From IMG/VR virus record IMGVR_UViG_3300014501_000005, positions 1 through 62,152 of that record: a DNA stretch of 62,152 bases. One strand, 5' to 3'. Shown here piece after piece: positions 20,283-29,330 of the stretch; the first letter of the stretch is position 1, and each line of letters opens with the position of its first letter. The position numbers and the translations under genes are program-made. The notes under the pieces were generated by a model. That model was not told the origin of the DNA and did not search any database. It saw only the letters and a list, made by a program, of their open reading frames with translations. The stretch comes from a virus. Lineage: Duplodnaviria; Caudoviricetes.

Positions 20283-21926
20283 TTAAAGCTGCGAAATCCA
20301 ATTGGTTTCTCTATTGATATGCCAAAGTTGAGTAGGATAGTTAGCTGTTCCACTAGCAGGCGGTGCGGGCTGTGAAGTCGCGGACCCTGCTATGAAGTGA
20401 GAGACTTGAGCATCACTTATATTTAAGCCGCCGAGTGAAATGCAACCTGTGCCGGATGTTACGGCTGAATCTGAATAGTTACCGATAACGTTTCCATTGT
20501 GTAACATGTATAAAATGGTGCCAATAGCCGCGAGGGTGATAGTGTCTCCCGCCGCCCATGGCTTTGTAAGCTGCCACGTAAAATGGTATTGCGTACCAGA
20601 CGGGGATAAAAATGGAAGAGAAAATGGTATCGGAACACCGCCAATCGAAAAGGTCGCGGTTCCATCCCCATTATTGCTTACACTAAAGTCATAAGATGAC
20701 GCATCAAGTGCCCCGGTTCGGACTTGAACAGTCGCTCCTCCGGTTATCGCGAGGACATCGGTTTTAAATTGAGCAAATTGATCGGCGGGAAAACTAGCCC
20801 CAGTTAAAATACTAATACCATCGCCTGTCCACGGCCCGGCATAGTTTGCTATGATACTTGCGTTAGACATAACGCATTCATTGCTGAGAAGTTGACAGGG
20901 ATAATCACCCGGCGGGAACTCACTGCTATCGGCGGTCCAATTGCCACCATCACTTAGCGGGTTCTCGTTCGCCCGTATCATCGTGTCGCTGAATGTTTGG
21001 GTGAGCACGACAATGGGATTGCAAGCGGTAGGAGTGAAATTAACCCCAGTTATATTGCTTCCATTAACGGTCTCTTCAGCCTGCGCAGGAGAGAATAAAG
21101 CGCCCACTAATTCGGGTATAACTACATATGTATCATTTGGCAAAGCGGGACTAGTATAGTTACCGGCACCATTGGCAGTTGTAGTAAACACCGTTGCAAG
21201 ATTAGTCGAAACAAAAACAACGGTTGCACCGGCCCCCAAGACTCCTAGACTGCCGCTAATGGTATAATCAGGAAAGCTGTTATCAAGGAAGCCTAGTGCA
21301 AGGCAACCCCACGCACTTGATGGAGCCGTGATGAAAGTTGGTGTGTAGGTTCCAGCCGTGGCCTCGATATTATAGATGGCCGAGTTATTAGTCCCGGCTG
21401 CGTTAATCCAACCGGCCGCATTGGTAATAGACGAACCCCCCGCAGGAATCGCAATCCCCACGATTAAGGTAGGCGATGCCGCGACAGTGACACTAGATGC
21501 AGGTGCTGTACTTGACCCTGTTGTATAATTAAACGCAAGGAGGGGATTGCCGTAGTTACCTGAAAATTGTAGGACTTGCGCGATGGGAAAACTTAAATTC
21601 ATTCGCGATGCTTGCAAAATCCCGGTGCCGGGAATAACGCCCGCAGTGGAATACGCGAAAAAATCAAGCGTTAGCGTTGCAGTGCGCGTGGCGACAGCAA
21701 CCCAAGCGATAAGATAGCCATAGCCTCCAGCCTTCGGTATTTCAACTGGCTTATACGTATTTTGGCTATCGTACAGAGTGTATCCGTAGCTCCCCCCTGT
21801 TGGGTCGGGACCAGCCGATTCAAGCCACGCCACTATTAAGTTACCCTTAGTAACGCTCAAGGTTAATGAAGGCTGCGATGCACCGAAGGAGAAGTCATGG
21901 GCTTCATTGACAAACGCGTATGCCAT
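20283..21926 (-). CDS. Multidomain fibre/spike-like virion protein
   Basis: 547 aa, T/S/G/A-rich beta domains, an Ig/carboxypeptidase-regulatory-like segment (YTISG...TTANGAGNY) and a lectin-like C-terminal domain (D...RANENPLS.GGNW). Confidence 0.6.
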   Translation of the reverse strand: MAYAFVNEAHDFSFGASQPSLTLSVTKGNLIVAWLESAGPDPTGGSYGYTLYDSQNTYKPVEIPKAGGYGYLIAWVAVATRTATLTLDFFAYSTAGVIPGTGILQASRMNLSFPIAQVLQFSGNYGNPLLAFNYTTGSSTAPASSVTVAASPTLIVGIAIPAGGSSITNAAGWINAAGTNNSAIYNIEATAGTYTPTFITAPSSAWGCLALGFLDNSFPDYTISGSLGVLGAGATVVFVSTNLATVFTTTANGAGNYTSPALPNDTYVVIPELVGALFSPAQAEETVNGSNITGVNFTPTACNPIVVLTQTFSDTMIRANENPLSDGGNWTADSSEFPPGDYPCQLLSNECVMSNASIIANYAGPWTGDGISILTGASFPADQFAQFKTDVLAITGGATVQVRTGALDASSYDFSVSNNGDGTATFSIGGVPIPFSLPFLSPSGTQYHFTWQLTKPWAAGDTITLAAIGTILYMLHNGNVIGNYSDSAVTSGTGCISLGGLNISDAQVSHFIAGSATSQPAPPASGTANYPTQLWHINRETNWISQL

Positions 21927-22255
21927 TATGGTTTACAATTCGCGCAAACAGCGCCAGTTTCGGTGGCGTGAAACCGTGCTACGTGCTTATTGCATTCAAC
22001 ACAAATCGCGGTGTTTCCTATCGGAGCAACGAACTTTTCCACAATTCCTGGAATGCCTTGAGGGCCTGCTACACCTTCAGGACCAGTTTTACCAATCGGA
22101 CCTGGAGCACCATCTAAACCTTTCGGACCCATAGGACCTTGGATACCTTGTTTACCGTCTGATCCCCTTCGACCTTGAGCACGAGTCCCGCTACGAGAGA
22201 TAACCCATCCAAAGGTTGATATACTTATCGCAAGACTTACCAATTCGATTATCAT
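21926..22255 (-). CDS. Membrane-anchored collagen-like protein with C-terminal CxxC..CxxC
   Basis: N-terminal TM, about 16 Gly-X-Y triplets, then CVEC...CANC. Confidence 0.75.
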   Translation of the reverse strand: MIIELVSLAISISTFGWVISRSGTRAQGRRGSDGKQGIQGPMGPKGLDGAPGPIGKTGPEGVAGPQGIPGIVEKFVAPIGNTAICVECNKHVARFHATETGAVCANCKP

Positions 22256-22347
22256 TGCGAAAAGCTCCCTATTGCAGAGACGACAATTGGCGAGGTGGCT
22301 TGGTCGCCTAGTACGACAATGGCTGTGATGACGTAGTTGTTTGCCAT
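22252..22347 (-). CDS. 31-aa mini ORF
   Basis: MANNYVITAIVVLGDQATSPIVVSAIGSFSQ; fills the gap exactly, with ATGA overlap. Confidence 0.45.
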   Translation of the reverse strand: MANNYVITAIVVLGDQATSPIVVSAIGSFSQ

Positions 22348-22348
22348 T

Positions 22349-22726
22349 TTAGACGTACCATATTAAAACATCTGGCGCAACGGCAGGAATACCTGAGCCA
22401 ATTGCACTAGTCGCAGCACCGATTCCTATACCCGTTGAAAAGCTGCCCATAGCAAAAATAGTCGGAGGTACTGCAAGGGTAGCGCCTACGGCAATAGGCA
22501 CCCACCACACAACCCCAGTTCCCAAGGTTGGCGTCCCGGCGGTGTTGTAAAATTGCAAATAAATTATGGTAGACGCCTTGTTCGCGACCAGGAGACCATA
22601 CACACTTCCCGGCGAGGCTTTGATATTTTTTACACCCAGCGCTACAGCAGTACCGACCAAACAAGTTGCCGTGACTGGAGCGCTAGCGTTGATTAGCAAA
22701 TTTCCGTTATTGTCGTATACCGGCAT
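22349..22726 (-). CDS. Small jelly-roll virion protein (putative)
   Basis: IKASPGSVYGL...N....IYLQFYN....PTLG...F.TGI pattern. Confidence 0.6.
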   Translation of the reverse strand: MPVYDNNGNLLINASAPVTATCLVGTAVALGVKNIKASPGSVYGLLVANKASTIIYLQFYNTAGTPTLGTGVVWWVPIAVGATLAVPPTIFAMGSFSTGIGIGAATSAIGSGIPAVAPDVLIWYV

Positions 22727-22727
22727 T

Positions 22728-23924
22728 TTATTCCTCCGTCCCCATGGCTATAACCCGTACGTTTCCGGTCGCGAGGGCAGCGGACAGGTTGACGTTGAGA
22801 ACATTATTGGCCGCAGCGGAAAGAATCCCAACATTGCCTAAGTCTAGTTCTTGCTCAAGGCCATCACCAATTACGGTTGTTACAGCGGTTGTTGGCACGA
22901 AGACATCAAAAGAGATATTTATAGATGTGGTTGCGTCTTGAAAGTTCAGTGTCAGAACGGCCCCGGCAGCCAATGATGAATTATCCGTAACCTCGACGAA
23001 AAGCTTAAGTAGCCTAAATTTCTTTCCCGATGTCGGCGTCCAAACTGCCGTGTTGCCAGAAGCGGTGGCTTGCGCCGTACGAAAAATATGCGGGGCACGT
23101 TGGCGGTCCCAAGTTGACCCATTATATAAAAAGGGATAATTAAAAGAAAATAATTGTGTGTTCTGCGCGTTACTAGGAAGAGTTTGACTATTAGAAAATC
23201 CATCGTTGGCGGCACCGCTTACACCAAAAGCGGCCACTCGCAGCATCCCTGCCAAATTCTCGGATAGAAGAACCTGGTCACCTTCGGTCCACGTCGGGGC
23301 GGATGCGTTAGCAAGCGCCGGTAACACACCTAAGTTGTTTCCGTCCGGTGCTGCGTTGTTATTGGTTTTAGCCCCCGCAACAGTTACAGAGCCTGTGATC
23401 GTTGTAGATGCTAGTGTAACTGCGGGGGTGTTGGTAATATAAGCATTGACACCAGGTACGGTAACAGCACCGGGAGAGGTTCCATAAGCTGAGGGTGCCC
23501 CGAGAACCGTGCTATCCCATTCGGTGATATTCGTAGAAGCATTTGCAGGCGGGGCAGTAGTAACTGTCCCACTAACGGGTTGAACCGTTGTACCAGTAGG
23601 ATCAACTCGAACAGGGTTTGTTGGAGTACCGAGGATATTGGTTCCATTAGTAATCTCAACAGGCCACGCATTAGCAACTGTATTTGGAGAGCCTTGGTTG
23701 CTAGTAACGGTTCCAGAAATAGGAATAACAGTCCCGCCAACTATACCTTGAACAGTCAATACATCCGCATTCGGACTACCAGCAGTTCCCAATATCGATT
23801 GGCCAGCGGTATCAACTAATGCAACTGCTTCCGCTTCAACGACGTTGCCGCCAATAGTGTTCTCGAATGTCTGGACCTTCTTGCCTGTTGAATCCGGCGG
23901 AACTTGGATATATCCGTTTGACAT
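22728..23924 (-). CDS. Fibre-like virion protein
   Basis: 398 aa with V.GTV repeats, YNGSTWDRQR and a C-terminal VWTP.SGKKFRL jelly-roll. Confidence 0.6.
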   Translation of the reverse strand: MSNGYIQVPPDSTGKKVQTFENTIGGNVVEAEAVALVDTAGQSILGTAGSPNADVLTVQGIVGGTVIPISGTVTSNQGSPNTVANAWPVEITNGTNILGTPTNPVRVDPTGTTVQPVSGTVTTAPPANASTNITEWDSTVLGAPSAYGTSPGAVTVPGVNAYITNTPAVTLASTTITGSVTVAGAKTNNNAAPDGNNLGVLPALANASAPTWTEGDQVLLSENLAGMLRVAAFGVSGAANDGFSNSQTLPSNAQNTQLFSFNYPFLYNGSTWDRQRAPHIFRTAQATASGNTAVWTPTSGKKFRLLKLFVEVTDNSSLAAGAVLTLNFQDATTSINISFDVFVPTTAVTTVIGDGLEQELDLGNVGILSAAANNVLNVNLSAALATGNVRVIAMGTEE

Positions 23925-24079
23925 TAGAGCGATCCTATTATACTAAAGAATACACTAAAGAATGCCATTAAGTGGATAAAGCTGTTCATATGGCAACGTT
24001 GGCCTTGGATGATCGTCGGAATTAACGACGGTCCACCGGGAGCTGGCGTCAATTCATAAAATAGTAATGGTGCTAACAT
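23924..24079 (-). CDS. 51-aa mini ORF with C-terminal hydrophobic helix
   Basis: TAATG-coupled at both ends. Confidence 0.45.
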   Translation of the reverse strand: MLAPLLFYELTPAPGGPSLIPTIIQGQRCHMNSFIHLMAFFSVFFSIIGSL

Positions 24080-24432
24080 TATTCAGAGTCCTTATTATAT
24101 TCTATGATAGAACCATCATCATGTTCAATTGAGATATGCGGGTGTTTATAAAGTTTCATCCGGTCGATTTCCCCGCGTTGGTCGGCCTCGATGAGTTTGT
24201 GGATTGTGTATTCCAACATCTCAACAGTTTCGCGCATCTTTTCTTTGGGGGTGTTGCAAAGAAGCCCCACAAACTGAACCATCATGCATTTCTTGCAGTT
24301 GAAAGTAGGCTTGGTGGTCTTGCCATATGTATATCTATGGATGTCACAGACCAAAACAAACTTGTCTTTATCGAGCATCTCCGATGCGAACTTCTCAAGC
24401 ATCTGAGAGTTGAGTAAGCTATTAGCGTCCAT
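24079..24432 (-). CDS. Hypothetical protein with C/H/CxxC motif
   Basis: Likely start MDANSLL; CDIH...CKKC. Confidence 0.55.
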   Translation of the reverse strand: MDANSLLNSQMLEKFASEMLDKDKFVLVCDIHRYTYGKTTKPTFNCKKCMMVQFVGLLCNTPKEKMRETVEMLEYTIHKLIEADQRGEIDRMKLYKHPHISIEHDDGSIIEYNKDSE

Positions 24433-24859
24433 CCCTGTCCTCCGAAGAAATAGTCCGGCCAGTCTTAGGCTCGACACTTTCGAGTGGAGCCACCGGGAGG
24501 GATCGGTGCTGGCCGGAACTTGAAGCGGCTAATATTTGCTGCCGCAGTATTTCTAGTTCTTTCTTAAAGAAAGTTTGGGTATATATAGATTCAACTTGAT
24601 TAAAGAACTGCCTAGCTCTGAAACCTACTAGCAATGCTAGGACCCATTGCAGGTGGAGTCCCAAGGCTACTAGTATCAATGCGGTTGCCGGAACCATCAC
24701 TCCTAAAATCGCACCAAGTTCCGGGCCGATCTTATTAGCGAGGTATTTGATGCTGGCGTTAAGTTCGCCGATTACTCCAAACCGTTTAATTCGGGATTGA
24801 GTAGTCCAAGCATCAAATGCACTCAACAGAAACAGGATGATTGCAAGAACAAGAGTCAT
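24422..24859 (-). CDS. Membrane protein, DUF5658-like
   Basis: LSAFDAWTT...G..ELN plus three TM segments. Confidence 0.55.
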   Translation of the reverse strand: MTLVLAIILFLLSAFDAWTTQSRIKRFGVIGELNASIKYLANKIGPELGAILGVMVPATALILVALGLHLQWVLALLVGFRARQFFNQVESIYTQTFFKKELEILRQQILAASSSGQHRSLPVAPLESVEPKTGRTISSEDRDGR

Positions 24860-24862
24860 TGT

Positions 24863-25723
24863 TTAGCTGAAGGTTACAGCGTTTTGGCTGATGACGTTCC
24901 ATTTGCCTTGGTATGCCATGAGGGTCACGCTAGCCCCAGCATTGGCCGCGAAGGTGGCGACGTTAACAGTAGCAGCTCCGGTTTGTAGCAAACCAGTTGC
25001 AGTAATCGTGTGCGCGAATGCGGTGTTGGAAGTAACGATGATTGTAACACCATCAGAGGTTCCAACGGTCGGAGCCGCAAGAGTATTCGCTTCCATGGAT
25101 GCTTTTGTAATTACATAGGTTGCAGAGGTATTAGGTGGTATTGCAAAGTTGACAGCCGCGGCGATTGGGGTATCCGTAAATCCAGAAGCCTTTACAACCC
25201 CAGTGGCTGTGATATTAGCAGCATTTACCGTGCCTGTAAAGGTCGGCGAGGCTAGCGGAGCCAGCAGACCTTCGGCGGTTGTTGCTCGGCTGGTTTCAAC
25301 TCCGACAGCCAGATCGGTATAAGCCGTTGTTGCAATGTCCGTGTTATCGGTTAATGGAGCTTTGGTTGGAGCAGTCGGAGTTCCAGTAAACGCCGGGGAC
25401 ACCAACGGCGCATATCCAGCCGCAACTCGCGCTGCTGTTTCAACAGCCACTGCGCTATCTGTATAGGCTGTGGTTGCGAGCTGGGTATTGTCAGTTAGAG
25501 CCGCAGCGGTCGGTGCTGTCGGAATTCCCGTGAAATGCGGTGAGTTAATCGGTGCGCCAGCGGCCCCAGTTTCAAGCGCCTGCCAAACGCCAAACTGTTT
25601 GATATACAACAGTTCTGTAACCACATCCCAATACATACTTCCATCGGGAGCAACGTTAGGTTGATCGGTTGCGGTCCAGGTGATGAATTTTGCGTTTACT
25701 TTATCCGATGCGAAGTTTGACAT
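24863..25723 (-). CDS. Fibre protein with AP..SP.FTGTPTAPT repeats
   Basis: Three SP.FTG repeats and two DNT..ATTAYTD repeats; C-terminal domain paralogous to the N-terminus of 25785..26879. Confidence 0.75.
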   Translation of the reverse strand: MSNFASDKVNAKFITWTATDQPNVAPDGSMYWDVVTELLYIKQFGVWQALETGAAGAPINSPHFTGIPTAPTAAALTDNTQLATTAYTDSAVAVETAARVAAGYAPLVSPAFTGTPTAPTKAPLTDNTDIATTAYTDLAVGVETSRATTAEGLLAPLASPTFTGTVNAANITATGVVKASGFTDTPIAAAVNFAIPPNTSATYVITKASMEANTLAAPTVGTSDGVTIIVTSNTAFAHTITATGLLQTGAATVNVATFAANAGASVTLMAYQGKWNVISQNAVTFS

Positions 25724-25740
25724 CAGTTCTACCTTATCCC

Positions 25741-25781
25741 TCTAAGAAAGTGTGGGCGGTTTTAACGTCACCGCCCTTAGA
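25741..25781 (-). terminator. Intergenic hairpin (terminator or processing site)
   Basis: GGGCGGT/ACCGCCC stem with outer TCTAAG/CTTAGA pairing. Confidence 0.4.
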
Positions 25782-25784
25782 CGT

Positions 25785-26879
25785 TTAACTTGGGATCGTA
25801 ACTGTATTTCCACCGGCAAACGTGAGAGCACCAGTGTTATTTCCAGCCGCGCCTGCGAAGAAGCGACCGACTGAAGTTCCAGCAGTACCGAGTGAGATCG
25901 AAACCGCCGCAAGGATGTTACCATCGAATGCGGGGCTGCCGGTTCCAGCGAAGGTCGCGGAAGAACCAACGAGCCACCAAATGTTCCGTGCAAGAGCGCC
26001 ATTGAGAAGAGTAATAGTCGTTCCAGCGCCGAAGGTTAGTGTAGTGCCGATCTGTTCAATGAATACCGCGTTCGGATTGCCTTGAGCGTCGAAATTAACG
26101 TTCGCAGCTCCCGTGGTGCCTGTTGACGAAGCAACGGTGAACACACCGGGGGTAATTGTATAGCTATTGAGCGAACCTGGCAATGCGCCATTGCTTGCTC
26201 GCGTTGTGCCGTCGTTCCAAGCGGCTAGAACCGCAGCTTCCGCAGCAAGAGCATTAGCATTGTCCACATCGGTTCGCCCGGTGATCGTCGGGGAGCCAGT
26301 TATGGATGAACCTGGGCTCAGATATGCATTTCCGTTAATTGTGGTTGAGCCGGTGTTTGAAATCGAAGCCTGAGCCCCGATTGCGTAGGTAGCGGCGAAT
26401 CCAAGTTGAAGTCCGCCTGGAGCGCCTGCACCGAAACTAACACCACCGCATCCACAAACAAGCCACATACCTTGATAGGCCATCAGCTCGACGCTAGCTC
26501 CCGCGTATGACGGGAATAGAACGTAATCAGCAGGAGTAGACGTTGCGCCGGTCAGGAGAAGCCCCGGTGCACTGATGATATGGGCATAGTTGGTATCGGA
26601 CCAGATGGTGATGATTTTACCATCACTGAGCGGTCCGTTACCAGGAGCCACGACCTTGGGGCCAAGTGAAGGCGCTCCAAGGGTAAAGGTTGTCGGCGCA
26701 GCCGCTGTGATGACGTATGTGCGCTGAAGGTTAGGGTCAATGTTATAGATTGGCGTTGCGCCCGGAGATGCAATGGGAAGGGCATATGTATCCCGCGCGA
26801 GTAGGTTATGTGAACCGCTTAACCACTCGACATCGGAAAGGTGCCCGAGATTGGGGTTCTCATTTCTGAACAAGCTCAT
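25785..26879 (-). CDS. Virion-type domain fused to DUF3494 ice-binding-like beta-solenoid
   Basis: LG.AA.YAI.A...ISNTG.TTI.G...LSPGSSITG, TPGVF, DAQGNPNAVFI.QIG.TLT, L.NGA.A.NIWW.VGSSAT, F.GNILA..SISL. Confidence 0.85.
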   Translation of the reverse strand: MSLFRNENPNLGHLSDVEWLSGSHNLLARDTYALPIASPGATPIYNIDPNLQRTYVITAAAPTTFTLGAPSLGPKVVAPGNGPLSDGKIITIWSDTNYAHIISAPGLLLTGATSTPADYVLFPSYAGASVELMAYQGMWLVCGCGGVSFGAGAPGGLQLGFAATYAIGAQASISNTGSTTINGNAYLSPGSSITGSPTITGRTDVDNANALAAEAAVLAAWNDGTTRASNGALPGSLNSYTITPGVFTVASSTGTTGAANVNFDAQGNPNAVFIEQIGTTLTFGAGTTITLLNGALARNIWWLVGSSATFAGTGSPAFDGNILAAVSISLGTAGTSVGRFFAGAAGNNTGALTFAGGNTVTIPS

Positions 26880-26909
26880 GTTTTTATATTCTCCATTTGC
26901 TCGTTTAGA

Positions 26910-27752
26910 TTAGATTCCCGGCATGTAAACGGAAGCCACGATGTTGAGGGTATTGGCAGCCGTTCCAGTTGCGCTGAGAACATAAGTAAAGCCAGTCTTC
27001 GTGATCGTCGAAACATCGATACCAACATAGGCCGTAGCGGGTTGAGTTCCGCCGCTAACTGACACCGCAACCGCAACCGGGGTGCCGTTCTGAACGTCAT
27101 TGAGGGTAGCCGCCGGATTAGTTTCCACAACTGACGCGAGGTTGTTGACCGTGACAGTCGAGGCTGACGTTGCGATAACCGTGAAGGTACCGTTGTTACC
27201 GGAGTTCGTGAAGCCAGCGATCGTGACCGAATCCCCAACGATGATGCTGGAATCCGCACTCGTGGAGTGATAGGCCGCTGTTCCGCCTTGAACCGCGCCT
27301 GCATGCGTTTCCGCAATGGCATTCGCATTAGCGAGCGTAACAGTCGTAGCCGTGGACGCAACCGCGATGAAAACGCCGTTGTTGCTCGCGTTCACAAAGC
27401 CCGTAACGGTAAAGTAGTATCCAACAAACGCATTAGCTGCGCCGCCGGTGATCGTGCCGGTATAAACAGCATTGCCGCCGGACGAGGCCGCAACAGCCGT
27501 GAGGGTCAATGAGCTAGTCGTGAAAAGCCCCGCATCAACGGACTGAAGCGGAAGAACGATCTGCTTGCCGAATGAAGCCGAGCCATCAATAAAGTTGACC
27601 GTTCCGGACGCCGTACCGCCATCAAGAACAATCGTTGCTAGACCAACCATCGTGCGACCGAGCGGACCGCCGTTGTTATTCGCAACGATCTGACCAGCGC
27701 CAGCCGGTTTCGGCTGACCGATATAACTGAGATTGGGAACATTATTTGCCAT
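26910..27752 (-). CDS. Virion structural protein with duplicated beta module
   Basis: Two G....GF.N..NNG.F....S...VT..N..A..ET repeats; strong SD. Confidence 0.65.
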   Translation of the reverse strand: MANNVPNLSYIGQPKPAGAGQIVANNNGGPLGRTMVGLATIVLDGGTASGTVNFIDGSASFGKQIVLPLQSVDAGLFTTSSLTLTAVAASSGGNAVYTGTITGGAANAFVGYYFTVTGFVNASNNGVFIAVASTATTVTLANANAIAETHAGAVQGGTAAYHSTSADSSIIVGDSVTIAGFTNSGNNGTFTVIATSASTVTVNNLASVVETNPAATLNDVQNGTPVAVAVSVSGGTQPATAYVGIDVSTITKTGFTYVLSATGTAANTLNIVASVYMPGI

Positions 27753-27782
27753 GTCTTTTAATTTCCTTTTTTAGTTTGAGGT

Positions 27783-27953
27783 TTACTGCCGGGAAATCGA
27801 TTTTGTGGGATCAAGTGGGATACTAATCCGCCTGACATCTCCACAACTTGTACATACTAAAATTATCCAAACAAACGTATCGCCAGTGTGGCCCTTAACC
27901 TCAGAGCAAAAGAATCTGTGATTGTTACTGCAAGTATCCCCGCTCTTCGCCAT
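27783..27953 (-). CDS. Small Zn-ribbon-like protein
   Basis: MAKSGDTC...H...CTSCG. Confidence 0.45.
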   Translation of the reverse strand: MAKSGDTCSNNHRFFCSEVKGHTGDTFVWIILVCTSCGDVRRISIPLDPTKSISRQ

Positions 27954-28377
27954 TTTCAACCCTCTTAATCCAATTACAATTGGCACAAAGCAATTGATAT
28001 GTTTTTTCAATTTTTGGTAGGTCTAATAAATATCTGTAGTATACTTCTCCATGCCCTAACTTCTCAAACTCTCGCGCCCCGCCTCCATTAATATGATCTA
28101 TTTGCAAGGCACGTTCATCATCAAACCCACATCGAACACATTTACCCCCCAGCTTTTCTAATACGGACCGACGGAGTTGTATGAACCGATTATGCCTACG
28201 CCTGTTAAATTCAATGCGCTTTTCCGGGGTATGTGCGTGATATCTTAAACGGGCCCGCGCATTATATTCTTCTAAAGTTAAGCAAGAACCCCAATAGTAA
28301 GGTCGTCCTTCTGATAATCGCTTCGCTTTCCACGCTGCTACCACTTCTGGATTCCTACATTTATTGTCCGAAGCCAC
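27925..28377 (-). CDS. HNH homing endonuclease
   Basis: LGGKCVRCG.DD.RALQIDHINGGG, YQLLCANCN. Confidence 0.8.
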   Translation of the reverse strand: MASDNKCRNPEVVAAWKAKRLSEGRPYYWGSCLTLEEYNARARLRYHAHTPEKRIEFNRRRHNRFIQLRRSVLEKLGGKCVRCGFDDERALQIDHINGGGAREFEKLGHGEVYYRYLLDLPKIEKTYQLLCANCNWIKRVENGEERGYLQ

Positions 28378-28987
28378 TTTTCCCCGTCCTCTTGTTTAAA
28401 AGTGCCTTAACACCAAACTTCTTCCCATCATGATGAACGGCTATGATGCCGCCCGGATCGACGTTCTCTTTGTTGTGATCGCCGGTTACTAGGCTTGAAA
28501 CTTCTTTGAGAATGCTGGAATGGGCGACTGTGAGGCTTGGGGTGCCTTTGGAAATCCCCGCTTGGATCGAGTTCAGAATCGGCTTCTTAACGCGAGCTTT
28601 GAATTGGTTCAGCGACTCGCCATTTGGAATTTGCTCGTCGGGATGACGTTGGAAGTATTCGATATCGTCTTGATGAGTAGCCTTGTCTTCGCCAGCGAGA
28701 TAACCAACGTTCCAAGATCGAAGGTTGGGGTCTGGGGTATAGTTCAGCCCCTTTGGTTCAAGAACCGCGCGAGCCGTCGTTTGAGCCCGCTGCTTATCAG
28801 AACTAAAGCCATCACTAAGTTTAACACCAGAGAAAAAATCAGCCGCTTTGTGTGCGTCATCGATACCTCGGTCATCGAGGGGCGGGTCTAGTGGACCCCT
28901 AAACTTGTTGCTCTCATTCAAATCTGTGGTTCCGTGACGAACAAAGTAAGCCACTATCGAAGGTGTTTGATCGGTCATAGGACCCAT
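28361..28987 (-). CDS. Histidine phosphatase (phosphoglycerate mutase family)
   Basis: FVRHG.T..N, G..D.PL...G, SSD..RA.TTA, PNGES, VAH. Confidence 0.9.
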   Translation of the reverse strand: MGPMTDQTPSIVAYFVRHGTTDLNESNKFRGPLDPPLDDRGIDDAHKAADFFSGVKLSDGFSSDKQRAQTTARAVLEPKGLNYTPDPNLRSWNVGYLAGEDKATHQDDIEYFQRHPDEQIPNGESLNQFKARVKKPILNSIQAGISKGTPSLTVAHSSILKEVSSLVTGDHNKENVDPGGIIAVHHDGKKFGVKALLNKRTGKSGFGQ

Positions 28988-28988
28988 T

Positions 28989-29330
28989 TTAGGTGGAATG
29001 ATTATCTTTCCAAACCAACGCAACGTAAGCTGCGAAAGCTGGCCATTGCAGCATCTCGCCTGTCCAGATGAAAAAGTCCCCCGGACTTGCGATTCCCACG
29101 TGCGGAATCATGATCCAGTCGGCTAGAAACTTAAGATGAACCGCCGCCGACCATACTGAATGGATATCATCCATCAATGAGCCCGGAACCAGTGTTCCAA
29201 ACTGCGGTGAGACCCAGACCGGCATAACCCCCCGATTAGCCGTAATAACAAGCATATTCAAAGCAAAACCAAAGTAAAGCGCCATCGTGGGGCCGAACAG
29301 CCATTGCCAGTGGGGGAATTTGATTTTCAT
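28989..29330 (-). CDS. Membrane protein, DUF5317-like
   Basis: LN.LVI.AN.G.MPV, L.FLADWI, SPGD.FI. Confidence 0.7.
   Translation of the reverse strand: MKIKFPHWQWLFGPTMALYFGFALNMLVITANRGVMPVWVSPQFGTLVPGSLMDDIHSVWSAAVHLKFLADWIMIPHVGIASPGDFFIWTGEMLQWPAFAAYVALVWKDNHST

Noticed and set aside
26876-27361. 161-aa Arg-rich minus-strand ORF
   Set aside because: Alternative frame of the structural gene 26910..27752, with shadow-like composition.
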